NCBI GenBank assembly: GCA_964016885.1
Contig: OZ024753.1
Coordinates: 33,046,001 to 33,110,000, forward strand
Reading direction: 5' to 3'
Length of the DNA stretch: 64,000 bases
Source: Eledone cirrhosa
Lineage: Eukaryota
A program made the position numbers and the translations under genes. Positions 1-15,062 of this stretch are shown piece by piece. The notes below the pieces were generated by a model. The model was given only the letters and a program-made list of their open reading frames with translations. It was not told the origin of the DNA and ran no database searches. Every line of letters starts with the position of its first letter. Position 1 is the stretch's first letter.

Positions 1-42
1 TGTAAATTATTTGTAACAAACAACAATATCATTAATACTACT

Positions 43-102
43 AATAATTGTTTCTACTTTTGGGACAAGGCCAGCAATTACCCAGTACATTACTGGTACT
101 TT
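43..102 (-). mobile_element. tRNA-derived SINE, short-tail subfamily, 3' fragment
   Basis: aataattgtttctactttgggacaaggccagcaattacccagtacattactggtacttt matches copies at 7199, 9484, 35539, 40745, 41841, 42068 and 51576. Confidence 0.75.
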
Positions 103-293
103 TAATGATGAAGATGATGATGATGAAGATGTTGTTCATTACCATTTCTTTTTTAAATTAGAAATTTCTCAAGCTTGTGAAGGTGAAGTTGAGACAGAAA
201 TATTGTTTAAAATGCTTTTCATTTTATTAACCATATACAATAGAAATATTTTAATACAAATACACACACACTATATGTATCTCTCCGACTCAC

Positions 294-335
<42 letters not shown>

Positions 336-654
336 AGGAATTTATGTATATGTGTGTGTACGTGTGGGTGTGGGTGTAAGCATGGATGGCACCGAAGCTA
401 TGGCATTTTAAGCCGATATAAAGAAAAGAAAACACATCGTCAGAAATAGCCGGTCAAATGTCATAGTTGACAATAATATCACCATATTGTAATTGTGTAA
501 AATAGCAAAAGAACGAACAAGTATATCTATTAGAGCATACATAGACACACATAAACACTCACATAGAAACACATATAGACACACACATCCCTTTATTTGT
601 AGGTGATGTAAAGATAGATTACGTGTACAAAAATAGAACACTCAACACGTGTGT

Positions 655-656
<2 letters not shown>

Positions 657-735
<79 letters not shown>
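657..735. repeat. (GA)n microsatellite
   Basis: Near-pure AG dinucleotide run, seen directly. Confidence 0.95.
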
Positions 736-736
<1 letters not shown>

Positions 737-890
737 TACAATAATCAAAGTTCAGTTTAAGTCATTTATTTGCTTACAATTGTTTCCTCCAAACCGAGGT
801 TTGGATTCTTCGGAGCAACTATTTACTGATCTATAACATACTTGACCTCCTTTTCAACCCAAGAGACATATAAAACATATGCGCATATTG

Positions 891-934
<44 letters not shown>

Positions 935-3900
935 GCAATCCAATCTATTATAGATCGACAATATTACTGGTATTACTGAGATTTGCTTTGCTTAATTAAT
1001 TAAACATTCTTCAGACAATTTATTTGATATAATTCAAACAAGTGTGTGAGTTGCTGAGTTGAGTTGTTTTTGAAAGACAGACACTTTTATTAAAGTCTGG
1101 ATGTATTGGACAATGCTGGTGCCTCATTTATGAATGAAGACAGCGTGAAAGTCTACATCGTCATATGTTGTGATAGTAATGATCTTTAAATCTAAACTGC
1201 TTCAGTCTAACTGTAAATGGATACCACAATGTTAAGAAAACATCTCATCATCCACCCTAGCCTCAGTATTTCTGCGTGACTGACAAGTGAAATATTTTGT
1301 TTTATTCTTTGGAAAAGCTAAACCAACACATCGGCTTAGCTTAGAGTCCCTTAATATTCAAAACACAGCTTCATTAGAATTCTGAGTGCGATTACATGGC
1401 TGCGTTTTCTGAGTGGCACATAAAAGTAAATTCCTGTTTATATACATCGTGCGCAGATATTCCCCGCTGATTGATAATTCAGCCAAGGCAGGAAACCATC
1501 ATATGTTTAATTTATAATTGCATAAATTGTGAAATCGTTTTACATTATATTTAGAAGTATCTTCACGTATAGATTTCAATAATTATGTTACTTTATAGCG
1601 AACAGGACATCAAAATATAAATAAAAAATACAAGAAGACAGATTAGTTGATATACATGCCCGTAAAGTGTAACTATATAAAATTATGACCAAATAAGGAA
1701 AATCAGCATATTTACTCACAGGTTGTAGAGTCTTATTTCTTGTCAACCAATTTAAAGTGTTCTTAGAATATAGACATTTTTACTATGTGGTATTAAAGGA
1801 ACAAATAAAATGTAGCAATCTCAATCAGCGAATATAGTTTTCCCCTCGAAACCTAAGAATGTTTAGCAAGACGATTACCAAACATTGCAGCAATAATCAG
1901 AAAGACACACATGTATTGGTAAACATTTGTTCTTCTACTTTAATAGATTGTCGTAAAAGAAATAATAAAAGAAACCTGTTATGTTGTAGAATTTCAAAGG
2001 AGGTAAGGATTGTTTTCTATTTCTGTTACTTGAAGCTGTTAGAATACGACACATTGCTGTGTTCCATTTTTAAGTTTCATTATGGAAGGAAACAGAGACA
2101 GGCATAATTACGTTTCGGTAAGATTGGAATGTGTATTTCTCAAATGAAATAGAAAATGATAGAGACAGAGAGGAAAAGAAATTTATAGATAGACAGTCAG
2201 TCATGTAAACACACACACACACAATATAGATAGATAGATAGATAGATAGAAACAGAGAGAGAGAGATAGAGAAGATTAAAAAAGAATGAGAAAGAGATAA
2301 AGAAAGATGAGGAAAGAGATAAAGAAAGATGAAGAAAGAGAAAAAGAAAGTGAGGTATCTAAAATGCCGGCATAGAAATGCGAAGGAAGTTCATTTTGAA
2401 TACAAAAGACTTAAGAAAGAATAGACACATATTCTCAGTGTCTAAAGCCGAATGAGTGATTACCGTAATACTGTCGATATGTGAGTACTTAACGGGGAAA
2501 TCGACCCTATTTTTAGGTGCGAACTGTCAAACACGGAAGACGAAAGATATTAGACAGGTGGCAAACCAGACAGCCAGAAATATCTTACCGTCTGATAGTA
2601 AATCAATCGATCATTTTGCGTAACCGCAATACATTTACACCTATTACTTGTTCCTGTGTATAATTGCATATGTGAGTGCTTCGATGTACACTTTCATAAA
2701 ACACCCACAGAGTCTCCTGAAAAGGTTACGAATATACCAAAGCAATGAACGAGTGTACAACGTATATAAGTATGCCGTGGGGTAGAACTAGCAAAGAATT
2801 AAGGAATTCGGACAGCTGTCCTTTGTAAGCAGCATTAACAAATAGAAAGACAAAGGATAAGAAGGTTTATAGTAAAAACAGCAATATGGATAGAAAACGG
2901 AAAAGTATATCGCGGAAGTCTCTGATATATAGTTTTACACCCATAAGGGTAAGACATGGAAAATAGAAGTGAAATACATACATGGTGTGTGTGAGTGTGT
3001 TTAAGGAAGGTAGCGTACGTACGTGTAAATGAATGCGAGAGTATATGTGATTGTGAGTAGATGAGGGTATTGATGCAATCCTGTGATATGTAACCGCTGT
3101 AAACAAGTCTTACTAATGGTAAATGAGTAGGTTGTGTAAAGAAGTGGATGTAGGTTGAAGTGAACATGAGGGCATTTATCAGTGGATTGGAGGGGGCGAT
3201 ACGGACGAATGCAGTTTCATTACAGAAAGACAAGATTATTGTTAATCAAAGCAGAAGTTTAGATGGATCCCCTATTGTTGATCACGTTACGAGAAACAGG
3301 AGATCCTTGAAGTAAATTTAACAGCGCAGCCTTTGAGATGTATGTGTTTGGTCAGGGAAATTGAAGTGATGAACTACAATCTGACGTGATATATATTCTC
3401 TAAATCGATCAGCAAATCACAGACCGGTGTCTACGATGTACAAGTCACATATTTGGTATTTTATGAAGTAAATAATGTTCCTCGTCATAAAAGTGATTTG
3501 ACCAATGACATGGAAGAATACGTTAAGCCATCTATTGTAAAATACATACTTTTTACAGGGGAAAAAGTGATGAGCTGTATCTGCATCTAAAAGTGCATTA
3601 AGTCAATCGTTGACAGAAATATTACGGCAACCTACTATAGAACTTAGTGTTGTTATTGTGGTTTAGCCTCGAAGCAGGCCCAATCTAACAGAAGCACGCA
3701 TGATCAATGACAGTCACGTCTTAAACATAACTTCATTTTAGAGATAACATGCGCTAAATTATACAACGTGATATTTTTAATTAATACCTAGAAGCCTGAT
3801 TTCACGAAGATGAGTTGCTTTTTCCAACAAATTGCGCAGCTCTTTAGAACATTTCTTATTGGCCCAATATTTCAATTACTTACAGAACAAGTTTTCTCTG

Positions 3901-4248
3901 ATCCCATTTCGCAAACACGTATCAGGTGTAAATAGAAAATATACACAAGAATGTTGAGCTTTCATATATAATTAGAGTAAGCAGCACAAAATCGGCAGAT
4001 CATTTTACTCTCTTAAAATATATACACATGTGTAGATTAAAATATATATTCACATAAACTGTGTATCTGTATGCGTTCAGGTACATATCCCAAAGATGTT
4101 TTCCCCAGGACATCGTAAGTATTGCATATGTAAGGCCCTATGAATCTGTTGTTTTGCCGGGAATATGTAAGTGACATAGACACTACTTTAAAACTCATAG
4201 CGAATAGTCTTCGAAATGTTTTTAATTAAACATACAGTATATTGCCAA

Positions 4249-4420
4249 GGCGTGTGGCTGAGTGGTTAGAGAATTGGATTCGCAATCGTAAGGTTGTGAG
4301 TTCGATTCCTGGACCAGGCGATGCCTTATGTCCTTGAGCAAGACACTTTATTTCACGTTGCTCCTTCTACCTGGAGTTGCGAATGATAGATAGTATTAGC
4401 AATTGGAAAGACCAACGGAA
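4249..4420 (+). mobile_element. tRNA-derived SINE with CORE-like body
   Basis: A-box tggctgagtgg and B-box gagttcgattcc, followed by tgtccttgagcaagacactttatttcac; 3' boundary approximate. Confidence 0.7.
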
Positions 4421-5086
4421 ACATTGTTCCCTCGGTCCGATTTGACGAAAATCGATCGTTCCTTTTATATATACGTAAGTGTACACACACACGTGTGTGT
4501 GTATCGTTTATAATATACGTGAAATATGTGGTTTCTTTAAGTGGCTTGTAAAAAACACAAGGCTGTCACCATTTCTGAACTTATGCGAGATTGCACATCC
4601 ATAAATACCTACATATGTGTTTATTTGTGAGATATTTTGGAGTTAGTATATGTAATAATATATAGAAATTATACCAGAAATAATTTTCTTTTAAACCAGT
4701 TCAATAATGATCGTTGGTTTTCAGATCTATTTCCTTTTTACCGATCCAGACGTAATATTTTCTTTATAGTTACAACAACTATCAAAATACAGTCTAGATA
4801 ATCATAAGTTAAATGCTACTGCTATCATTTCTATTTCACGGTTAAACTGAAGGAAATTGCTGCAATACTAAAAAGGAAATAGAAAGTGTTCTTAGGTAAA
4901 GAATAAAAAATGGAAAAATATAAATGAATGTACAGCAATCCGTAAGTGCAAACGAAGCTATTAAAAGAAATGTAACATATGTATGCTACTGCTTATGTTT
5001 CTGAATTTCAATAAGTGCATGTTAAACGTAGTAATACGTCGATTATACTTTAGGAACGTAGTACGTTCTGATATACTCATATATAT

Positions 5087-5121
<35 letters not shown>

Positions 5122-6469
5122 AGTATGGAAGTGTTTCTTGTTCCAGACAGTTTTTGAGAAACAGTTCAATAACTGAATTTAGATCACAGATTTTATAATG
5201 TTCGAGAATAGGATAAATATAGAAGGAGTGTGGATTAATCTCTTCATACCGAGTAGAAAGCCAATTTAAAAAAGAAATGTTGTCGAGTCTATTTAATCGA
5301 GACAAACACATTAGATTTTGTGATTTTATTGACTGCCGAAAGATGTAGAAATTTACCCAGGTATTTTAAGAGCTCTGAGCATAAAAATGTAAATGAAAGC
5401 TTGAAACGAATATATAATATGAAATCCAGTCTACTTATCAAATTTTCTGTCGACTATACGTCTTATAAAATAGATTTTAAGGAATTAATTTTCCTCAGTT
5501 TTGCAAGACAAACGTTTTTAATACATTTTACTTTCATTCCTCACAATTTTCTTTTTATAACGTGTGAAATCCTATCAATCGGAATCTGTGTAAAATTTAT
5601 TTAGACGTTTGAAGAATACCAATTCCATCGTCATTAGGAAAAGTGATAATGCAAACAAAAATACAATCTGAAATGCAAATATATGGTTTCCATGAAGGCA
5701 AATCATTCTTTGCAGTTGCCAAAGCTATTAGAAATGAAAGCAGTATAGACCCGTGCATACGATTATATACATATTACATGTAATGAAATACGAAAGAGTT
5801 GTAAAATATTGCCAATTCAATTGAAATTAATTCGGTTGAATGGAAATTAATTCCAATGAAAGAGAATATGTTCGAAACTCTCTGGTATAATTAAACCTTA
5901 GTTATATCTTACGCTACAGGTTTATAGAAATTCTGTGAAGCAATGACTACAATAACCAACCAGTAATTATTCCATCGTTCCCAAACGGATAAAAGGTAAA
6001 GTTCAATCGGAGACATTTTAAAACGGACTATAAAACAACGTAATTGAATATGGGAAGGGATTTAGTCCAGCATTATAAACTTTAATGTCTTCCCCTCGCA
6101 CACTCTATAGAAACATTATATAGGAACATGCCAACAAAGGAACAATGAGCCGATTAACTTACAGGATGTAGGAGGCAAAGATCTACAAAATTACACCCTA
6201 CTGACTCAGATAGTCTTAGATACACTATCGGAAATAAAAGAAAGCGCTAGGCTAGGATATCTTCTAACAGGTTTACTTGCTCAGTGTTAATGAAAGTCAA
6301 TTAGGGATCACTTCCGAATAAAACTTTGTGGTTACTCTATCTGGTAGAAATAGCAGTCACATATCTCTTAAACGCTACTTATGTAACAAACAGAATTACG
6401 TGGTGTAGCTTGCGACAATGCTGGACCTATGAATTATTAGCAGAATCCATCTTAGGTATTTCTACATAG

Positions 6470-6612
6470 CTTTGTTCAACCAAATTCCACTTCCAGGCTT
6501 CAGACGAATAAACGATATAGAAAAAAAAAACACTTGCCCAAGAGGACCCCTGGTGAGATCAAACCAGAACCTTCGTTATTGCAAAGTGAACTTTTTAACC
6601 ACTCAGATAAAC
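6470..6612 (-). mobile_element. degenerate tRNA-derived SINE
   Basis: acacttgcccaag...gcaaagtgaactttttaaccac is shared with 12655-12783 and 62075-62235; boundaries approximate. Confidence 0.55.
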
Positions 6613-7198
6613 CTGGTCTAATATTGACAAACTAAAATTTCATATGCCTGACTTTTTAAATATATACATATATTATCAAACAAATGCCTGGCAGAAAAAT
6701 TATACAATGCTGAATATACGCTGTAGTATTAAAAGTAGTTATACTGCCGTAAAAGACGTTTTTGTTTTGTTATATATTTATTATTAGAGATTCTATATGC
6801 AATAAATTATCGTTATCACTAAAGTATAAACTTGCAGAGTCTGAAGACAGGGCATTTATAATTTTGCGTGCCTGGGCAACATAGAAAGCAGAAACTGAAT
6901 AATTTTATGATTCTTTTTTCGCCAGTTCAGTAGAATGTTTTTTTTAATGTTCCAAGATAATAGTCTTTAAACATACAGAATCGATTGTCTTTCTCCGCAG
7001 AATTAGAGGTTTGGTCTAATACCAACGTGTCGTTGCTCTCAAGGATATCTGCTGCTGTATAATCTATCACCTTGTGTGTTTACTGAGAAATAAATCATTG
7101 TATAGTTTTACACTATATTCTTCACTGTTTGGCTCACAGAATTCATAGTTAACTATCGTAAGGCCCATCAAATATCATTATAAATAATAATAATAATA

Positions 7199-7297
7199 AT
7201 AATTGTTTCTACTTTTGGCACAAGGCCAGCAAATACCCAATGCATTACTGGTACTTTATTCTATCGACCTCGGAAGGATGAAAGGCAAAGTTAACCT
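7199..7297 (-). mobile_element. SINE short-tail subfamily, 5'-truncated, flanked by (AAT)n
   Basis: caaggccagcaaatacccaatgcattactggtactttatt...ggatgaaaggcaaagttaacct. Confidence 0.8.
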
Positions 7298-7300
7298 TTA

Positions 7301-7340
<40 letters not shown>

Positions 7341-7791
7341 TGAATGTATTTCCTTTGATGGCATCTGCATTGACACCTTAACAATCATATATTTAAATAT
7401 TTCGCTGATAAAGGGACATTATTCTCTCTATTTTTTTAACTATTATCTTCTCTCCGTTGGTTGGTGACATGGTACTTAATTAATGGTTCAGAGAGCAAAC
7501 CCGATACAAAGGACCAAATTAATTTGACGACGTAATAGAAAAAAAAAAAACAAGTTTAAAAATGGATGCGCGGGTGTTTGTGAGATAGAGAAAGAGACAG
7601 AGATAGAAAAGGAGTGAAAACAAAAGGGGACAAAAAGATAGATTGTGGTGGGAAGGAAATGAGAGTTATTGTTAAATATTTTCGCCAAGGAAAATAATTG
7701 CAGTACAATTCAAATATCCAAGTCAAGAAATAAATGCACACATGAAAGAAACAGCTCGATATGTTATCTGCGTCATAGACCACTAAAAATT

Positions 7792-7827
7792 TATAATCGT
7801 CGCCAACTACAATAAATATCTAGTATA

Positions 7828-7913
<86 letters not shown>

Positions 7914-7982
7914 TATATATATATACACATATATATATACACATATATATATATATATATACACATATATATATATATATAT

Positions 7983-8037
<55 letters not shown>

Positions 8038-8067
8038 TATACTAGATATTTATTGTAGTTGGCGACG

Positions 8068-8073
<6 letters not shown>
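7792..8073. repeat. inverted repeat (fold-back) enclosing a (TA)n/acac array
   Basis: tataatcgtcgccaactacaataaatatctagtatatatatgtgtata from 7792 is the exact reverse complement of the sequence ending at 8073. Confidence 0.95.
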
Positions 8074-8112
<39 letters not shown>

Positions 8113-8264
8113 GCAGAAGGAATAAGAAAAATAATTTACCAAGTAAAGTATCTTCACGAGTTAATTATATTGTAAATACTTCTTTGAACAAGAGCTTTAA
8201 ATACCACTTATGTTTTTCCGATAAAGAATTGGCAAATTGACACCCGAAAAGGCATGAGTAGATA

Positions 8265-8319
<55 letters not shown>

Positions 8320-9117
8320 GAGAAGAAAGAGAAATACTGCGTGGTTGCACATGGGTTACATATTATAAAATTAGTCCCTCGTCAGTGATTTGCCAACCAT
8401 CATTGGTATTTCATCGCATTAAACATCATATACCTCAGGTTGGTGCGAGCAATAACTAAAAAAAGCTATTGGGACAAGTGAGTCGCGTAAAGCGAGTGAG
8501 ACAAGTAAACAACATAGAAGGATAAAGGCACACCGAAGATAGGAAAAAAAACAAGCAATATGGTTATCCGGTCAGCATAATCTGGGTGAATTTCATGAGC
8601 GTTCAGAATACAGACCGTCCGACGTGAGTGAGATGTGAGAAAGAAGGAAAGAACCCCACTACCAACGAAACGGGAGGAAGTGAGAAGGGGAGAAACAGAG
8701 AGTGAGTGAGTGGAAGTGTGAGGAAGAGGTTAGTCGAGAGAAAGTGTAACTGACAGAGGGGGCGAAAGAAGGTGAGAGAAACAGAGAGAACGGGGGAGCA
8801 GTGAATATAAAGATCATATACAAAGTTTCATCTTTTGACACGCTGGGAGATTATGAGTTTTAGAGAAAATTTAGGAAAACCCGGACGCAGGAATATAACT
8901 ATTAATATAGTTGATTGGTATAAATAGCTCAGAAAATCGAGTAAAGATCATATAGATGACATAAGTGGTCCGCTGTCGATATGAAGAGCCCAACTCCACA
9001 TTTTTCAGACAACAATGCTCCACCATCTAGAAGTGGCCTTTACTCGATTATCAAAAGCAACCAACTGCACTTGGTGATAGTTTTCAGCGTCTGAGTGTAC
9101 CTATATTTTCTCTCTCA

Positions 9118-9152
<35 letters not shown>

Positions 9153-9483
9153 GAGGCACCTACATATGAGTGCAAGTGCGGCCTTTTGTGTATGGTTTTT
9201 ATGTAGTCATACGAATTTAATCCACTGTTTAAAATTTCTGCATATAAACATAAAAATATGTAAATTGTATTAGAAACTGAAGCATATTGAATCGTTACTT
9301 AGAATTCTGAGTTTGACGTTGCAGATCATTCAAATGTCTGAAGTAGGAAATGTGTGTGGTAATATATACACATAAACAACATTCGTATGCAAAACTAAAT
9401 ACGATAGTAAATTGACGAAAAAGAAAGAGAAATAGAAAATACGTCATACATTGAATATGTATGACGTCTTTAGGTATAAGGAA

Positions 9484-9610
9484 ATAATTGTTTCTACTTT
9501 TTGACACAAGGCCAGCAATCACCCAGCGCATTACTGGTACTTTATTTTATCGACCCCGTAAGGATGAAAGCCAAAATTAACCTCGGCGGGATTTGATCTC
9601 AGAATGGCAA
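9484..9610 (-). mobile_element. SINE short-tail subfamily, 5'-truncated
   Basis: Same tail and central domain, through cctcggcgggatttgatctcaga (B-box on -). Confidence 0.8.
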
Positions 9611-10034
9611 ATAATACATAATACTGTTTACTAACAAATGATTGTATAATTATATACTAAGTATCATTCTTAGACTGTATTTGAATATATACATTACATT
9701 TAAAATGCTATACTCTAGATTTGAAACTATATTAGAAAGGTACACTAGATGTATTTACGCTCAACAGTGATACTCATACAATAATTGGAGTTTGACATTT
9801 GCGGATTATCCAGTTGATCCAGTTAGATAGGTAAATGCCATAAATTTGAAAAGTTGGTGTTGGGGTGGGGGTGTAAGTTCATCTGAGTGGAGTGACATAT
9901 ACGGCTGTTAGTTATACAAGAAATGCGTGGTCGTCTTATTGAAGATGGTTGTTACGTTTATTCGTCATTTACACGAGTATCGATGTAACATTTATGTTTA
10001 AATTTATTCTAAAATGTTTAACTATGTATACTAT

Positions 10035-10161
<127 letters not shown>

Positions 10162-11611
10162 ATATGTATGCATGTATGTATATCAACACATATATACATA
10201 AGAGAGAAAAGGAAAATTTATTATGTACGTGCATGTTTTCTTTCCCCATGTGTTAACAATGTATACTGTAATTGGCAGCTGCAATATACACTAGCAAATT
10301 GCGCAGATGCACGTATTACTCCGGTTCATTGCGTTTCCAGTGAGAATAGAAATAGAAATACCTACATACCTATGCTAATTTACACTACATGCTTAGCAAA
10401 CATGTATCAAAAGCAGGCATATATGAAATAGTGAAACACTTATTTTTTACTTGTCATAGTTTGAAAAAATGTTCAATATTTGTATGGAAATAGTAAATAG
10501 CTTTCCAATGCATTCAACTAATATTTATTGCTCATTCAACTGATTTTCTTCCCTCTTCTACTTTCCATTACTAACATTCCTATTTTTCCACCCTCACGTT
10601 CGCTCTTTATTTCACACATCCCCATACATACGCATTTATGGAGTGTATGTATATATATTGGGAGCTTACAGCCGACAGGGAACTGGCATAAGACAAATAA
10701 CTTCGTCAGACGGAAAGACACTAGGTCTGCTAGCTAGCAACCAGGAACCCCCCAAGAATCCCTCCTTCCAACCTTTTGAAAAAAAAAGCTCATCTGGGGT
10801 GGACATGTATCCTACCACGATTCCCTGTGCAACACCTTTCTCAAAACCATACGAGGCATTACTCACGGAAAGGTGGTGGTGATGTGTGAGTATGCTCGCA
10901 CGCCTATTTGTATATATAAGTATGTATACATGTAAGAATGCAGGAATGTAGTTCTTGTTTATTTTGTTGGCTTTTTTTTATTTTTTTTATTAGAATACGA
11001 ATGCATATCATATCCCATCCCCTCTAAGTAATTTAAATTTCAAACTTTTTCGAAACATTTTAGCAACACATCTATATAACTAAGTTGTTTTTGTTTTTGT
11101 CCTTTCTCCTTTGATAAATAAGATATGATTCGAATGTTTGAAAACAAGACGAAACAGAAATTCAAAGTAAAATATTCATAAAATGTAGTATACAGGCAGA
11201 ATGTAATGTCATCACAACGATATCTTATACCTTTCAAACGTGCACATAAAAGAGTGAACTAAATCTTCTAGTAATAATTTAGTATTTAGTTTCTGTATGA
11301 TGTCCGCACACCAAGCGCGCGCGCGCACACACGCACACACACACACACACACACAAATGTAAGTATGTATGTATACATTATGTGTTATTAATAGTGATTT
11401 TATTTCAAAGTCTCCCCAAAACTACATGTAGTTTCGGGCAAACTTCGAAATATATTGTCACCATTAATAAATATTATTTTGATTTTATACATTTTATACA
11501 CCGTATAAGATCCTGCAATGCAGTAGTTATGCCATTAAAAATGAGAATGTTGCAATCAGCGATATATATATATATATATATATATATGCGCATTTTTTTA
11601 TAACTAAGGGA

Positions 11612-11871
11612 TGATGTGTATGCGTGTGTATGTGTGTGTATGTGTGTGTATGTGTGTGTATGTGTGTGTATGGGTGTGTATGTGTGTGTATGGGTGTGTA
11701 TGTGTGTGTACGTGTGTGTGTGTACGTGTGTGTGTGTACGTGTGTGTGTGTACGTGTGTGTGTGTACGTGTGTGTGTGTACGTGTGTGTGTGTACGTGTG
11801 AGTGTACGTGTGTGTTTACGTGTGAGTGTACGTGTGTGTGTGTACGTGTGTGTGTACGTGTGTGTACGTGC
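11612..11871. repeat. compound (TG)n minisatellite (tgtgtgtatg then tgtgtgtgtacg units)
   Basis: Seen directly. Confidence 0.9.
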
Positions 11872-12654
11872 ACATATACATATGTGTATATGATTATATA
11901 GACATATAAGGAGTGCTATTTGTTCTGGGGTGGGAGGATGGTAATTGTCTTACACCTTATAAAGTTGAACTGAAACACTGCTTCTATTGATTTTTTTTTA
12001 CTATTACATTTACTAAAACGTTGAGTAAACATCAGCTGCTATGTCAAAAGAACGACAAGTTATAATATTTAAGCCTATTTTAAATTCAATCTTTAAGCTG
12101 CTTTTGTCACATTAATGTTTCGCCAGCGATTCTCTATTATTTTTCCATCATGAGGTCATCCTTATGACTTGTTTTATCACTCGTCAAAATTTATATTAAA
12201 CATTCTCGTAACGACAGCTTCTTTCCTCACCCCATTATAACATTTGCTTTGATTCTTCATCTTTAATTCTCTCATTATTTTCTTTTGATATTTCAGGTCA
12301 TTTTCTTTGTATATTGTTATGATTCACTATACATAACATCTGACCAGATTCCCAATGTTTGAAACAATTAACGGAAAACGTCTTCACTTGTTTGGTGCTG
12401 AATAAGTGTGTCTGCGTGTATATGTGTATGTGTGTGCGTGTGTTATACTACTGTATTACTACGCGCACCTTCATTGATTATTTTGCCAGCGCAACCATGC
12501 TTTCTTTCTCGATCTATTTATAAGAATTGAAATCAATGCAAGATTTCACAGTTCTAGCATCAATCCTTCATAGTCAGCCTATGAGCATTTCAACCCTTGT
12601 AATTTCCTAGTTGAATCAGCGTAACACAATGTGTGACAAGGCCGGAATTACAGC

Positions 12655-12783
12655 TACAATCCACTCAACGGGCACAACAAAAGCCTTGGGTCGACCCGAG
12701 GCTGTAGTAAAGACACTTGCTTAAGGTGCAACACAGTGAACTCGAAGCTGGGAAACGAACATCTTAACCACTAAGTCACGCCT
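12655..12783 (-). mobile_element. tRNA-derived SINE
   Basis: aagccttgggtcgacccgaggctgtagtaaagacacttgcttaaggtgc...cttaaccactaagtcacgcc; A-box-like end on - strand. Confidence 0.6.
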
Positions 12784-13383
12784 TCTGAAGAAATTAATTG
12801 GAAGTCATTCATCTTCACCTCTCTGATATGGGATTTCCAGCATGAAATTTTACTCCTTCCTCACGTCAAAAATAATCCACTTTGTGAGCACAGCACATTT
12901 ATTATTCTCAGTACGGGTTTCGATTCCCAAACGAATAATTATGGACTTACATACTATAAAGCATTGTAAAACGACTATTTCCATACAATATAAATAGATA
13001 TAATTTGGATTAAATTAGTTGAGAATCGAGAAACTGATTAAAAGATGATGGAAACTAGCGTGGAGGATTGAGATGCATTTTCGCAGTATACTTGAAGACA
13101 TTAGAAATCGGCCACTTCATTGAAATACTTGAGCAATTAGTAAAGTTCTTTCGAGTCAGACGACGTAGAAGAGAGATGAAAGCTTCTATAATAAGATATG
13201 GCATCGAGTAGTGATGAATGTTTCAATGTCTTGCTTAAGGGTCTTGGTCACATTAGAGATTTCGTTACCAGATGTTATTTCTCTGACAGCCTCCGATATC
13301 TGTCATTTATTATTTATTACTTGTAGCAAGGAAATGAGATATTTCTATAAAATATGACGAAGGTGTGTACGACCGACACACAC

Positions 13384-13386
<3 letters not shown>

Positions 13387-13438
<52 letters not shown>

Positions 13439-13523
13439 TATATAAATAAATATATATATATAAATAAATATATATATATAAATAAATATATATATAAATA
13501 AATATATATATAAATAAATATAT

Positions 13524-13574
<51 letters not shown>

Positions 13575-13629
13575 AATAAATATATATATATATATATATA
13601 AATATATATATATATAAATAAATATATAT

Positions 13630-13692
<63 letters not shown>

Positions 13693-13693
13693 A

Positions 13694-13752
<59 letters not shown>

Positions 13753-13753
13753 A

Positions 13754-13784
<31 letters not shown>

Positions 13785-14070
13785 AATATATATAAATATA
13801 TATATATAAATATATATAAATATATATATATAAATATATATATATAAATATATATATATAAATATATATATATAAATATATATATATAAATATATAAATA
13901 TAAATATATAAATATAAATATATAAATATATAAATATAAATATAAATATATATATATAAATATATATATATAAATATATATATATAAATATATATATATA
14001 AATATATATATATAAATATATATATATAAATATATATAAATATATATAAATATATATATAAATATATATA

Positions 14071-14104
<34 letters not shown>

Positions 14105-14115
14105 AATATATAAAT

Positions 14116-14150
<35 letters not shown>

Positions 14151-14454
14151 AATATGTATATATATAAATATGTATATATATATATATAAATATGTATATA
14201 TATATATATAAATATGTATATATATATATAAATATGTATATATATATATAAATAAATATGTATATATATATATAAATATGTATATATATATATAAATATG
14301 TATATATATATATAAATATGTATATATATATATAAATATGTATATATATATATAAATATAAATATGTATATATATATATAAATATATATATATATAAATA
14401 TGTATATATATATAAATATGTATATATATATATAAATATATATATATATAAATA
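13387..14454. repeat. ~1.1 kb interrupted (TA)n array
   Basis: TA run with recurring aaat and aaatatgt interruptions. Confidence 0.95.
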
Positions 14455-14967
14455 TTGGTTGGAGTGCTTACTTGGGTAGTCTATAGTAACTCTAATACTC
14501 TGGTGGATGGAGTTAGCTATTTGCTGGATGCTTTCCATTGTGTTTTTCTCTAATTCCTGACTGTTCTCTAGTGGGGGTGTTTTAACTACGATGTTTATAT
14601 CATCAACGTAGCGGGAGTACATTATCAGGGTTAAGGGGTCTTCTAATTGTTCTTTAAGTTTAAGTCTACTGTCCCACCATACCATGAATAGGTTAGCTAT
14701 GTCGCCTGCAATGCTGACACCAATGGCTGCTCCATCCTCTTGGGCATAAATTTTTCCATTAAATTTGAACATATGTTCCTTAAGGGTTAATTTTATGCTG
14801 GCCCCCGCCGCATGTTCAATCATTTTCTTTAGTTCATCGTAGTTTTCGGATGTCTGTATGGCTCTGGTCCACCCGTTCCATCTATCTGTGTGGGTTTTCT
14901 TGGCCATTGAGGTAATGGTAGGTGGTCTGCCTCTTGCTGGTGTTGTAGGGCAGAGGTTGCTAAGATC
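14455..14967 (-). pseudogene. Penelope-like reverse transcriptase fragment
   Basis: Open frame [24 protein letters not shown]...[29 protein letters not shown]...[11 protein letters not shown]...[11 protein letters not shown]; matches PLE RT motifs F-F-G-Y-Q-G-A-G and RYVDD; runs into the TA array. Confidence 0.88.
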
Positions 14968-15062
14968 ATGTGTCTAGTAATTACTATAGGTATAATTACC
15001 TAGACACATATGACGTTAGCAACCGGTTTAATTTACAGGTTTAATTTACCTGTAAATTAAGC

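Noticed and set aside
1080-1440. Possible ancient PLE RT remnant on the minus strand
   Set aside because: Only a vague VD..AVF...HP resemblance; frames too broken to support
5130-5315. Hammerhead-like or PLE-terminus fossils (also near 4690-4760, 8390-8445 and 37125-37220)
   Set aside because: Core CUGANGA or GAAA and stems are not intact; cannot be supported without a family consensus
13345-14454. C-terminal ~370 aa of the 520-aa ORF and other YI/CV/HT/RE-rich ORFs across the window
   Set aside because: Translations of (TA)n, (TG)n and (GA)n microsatellites, which lack stops in some frames; not genes
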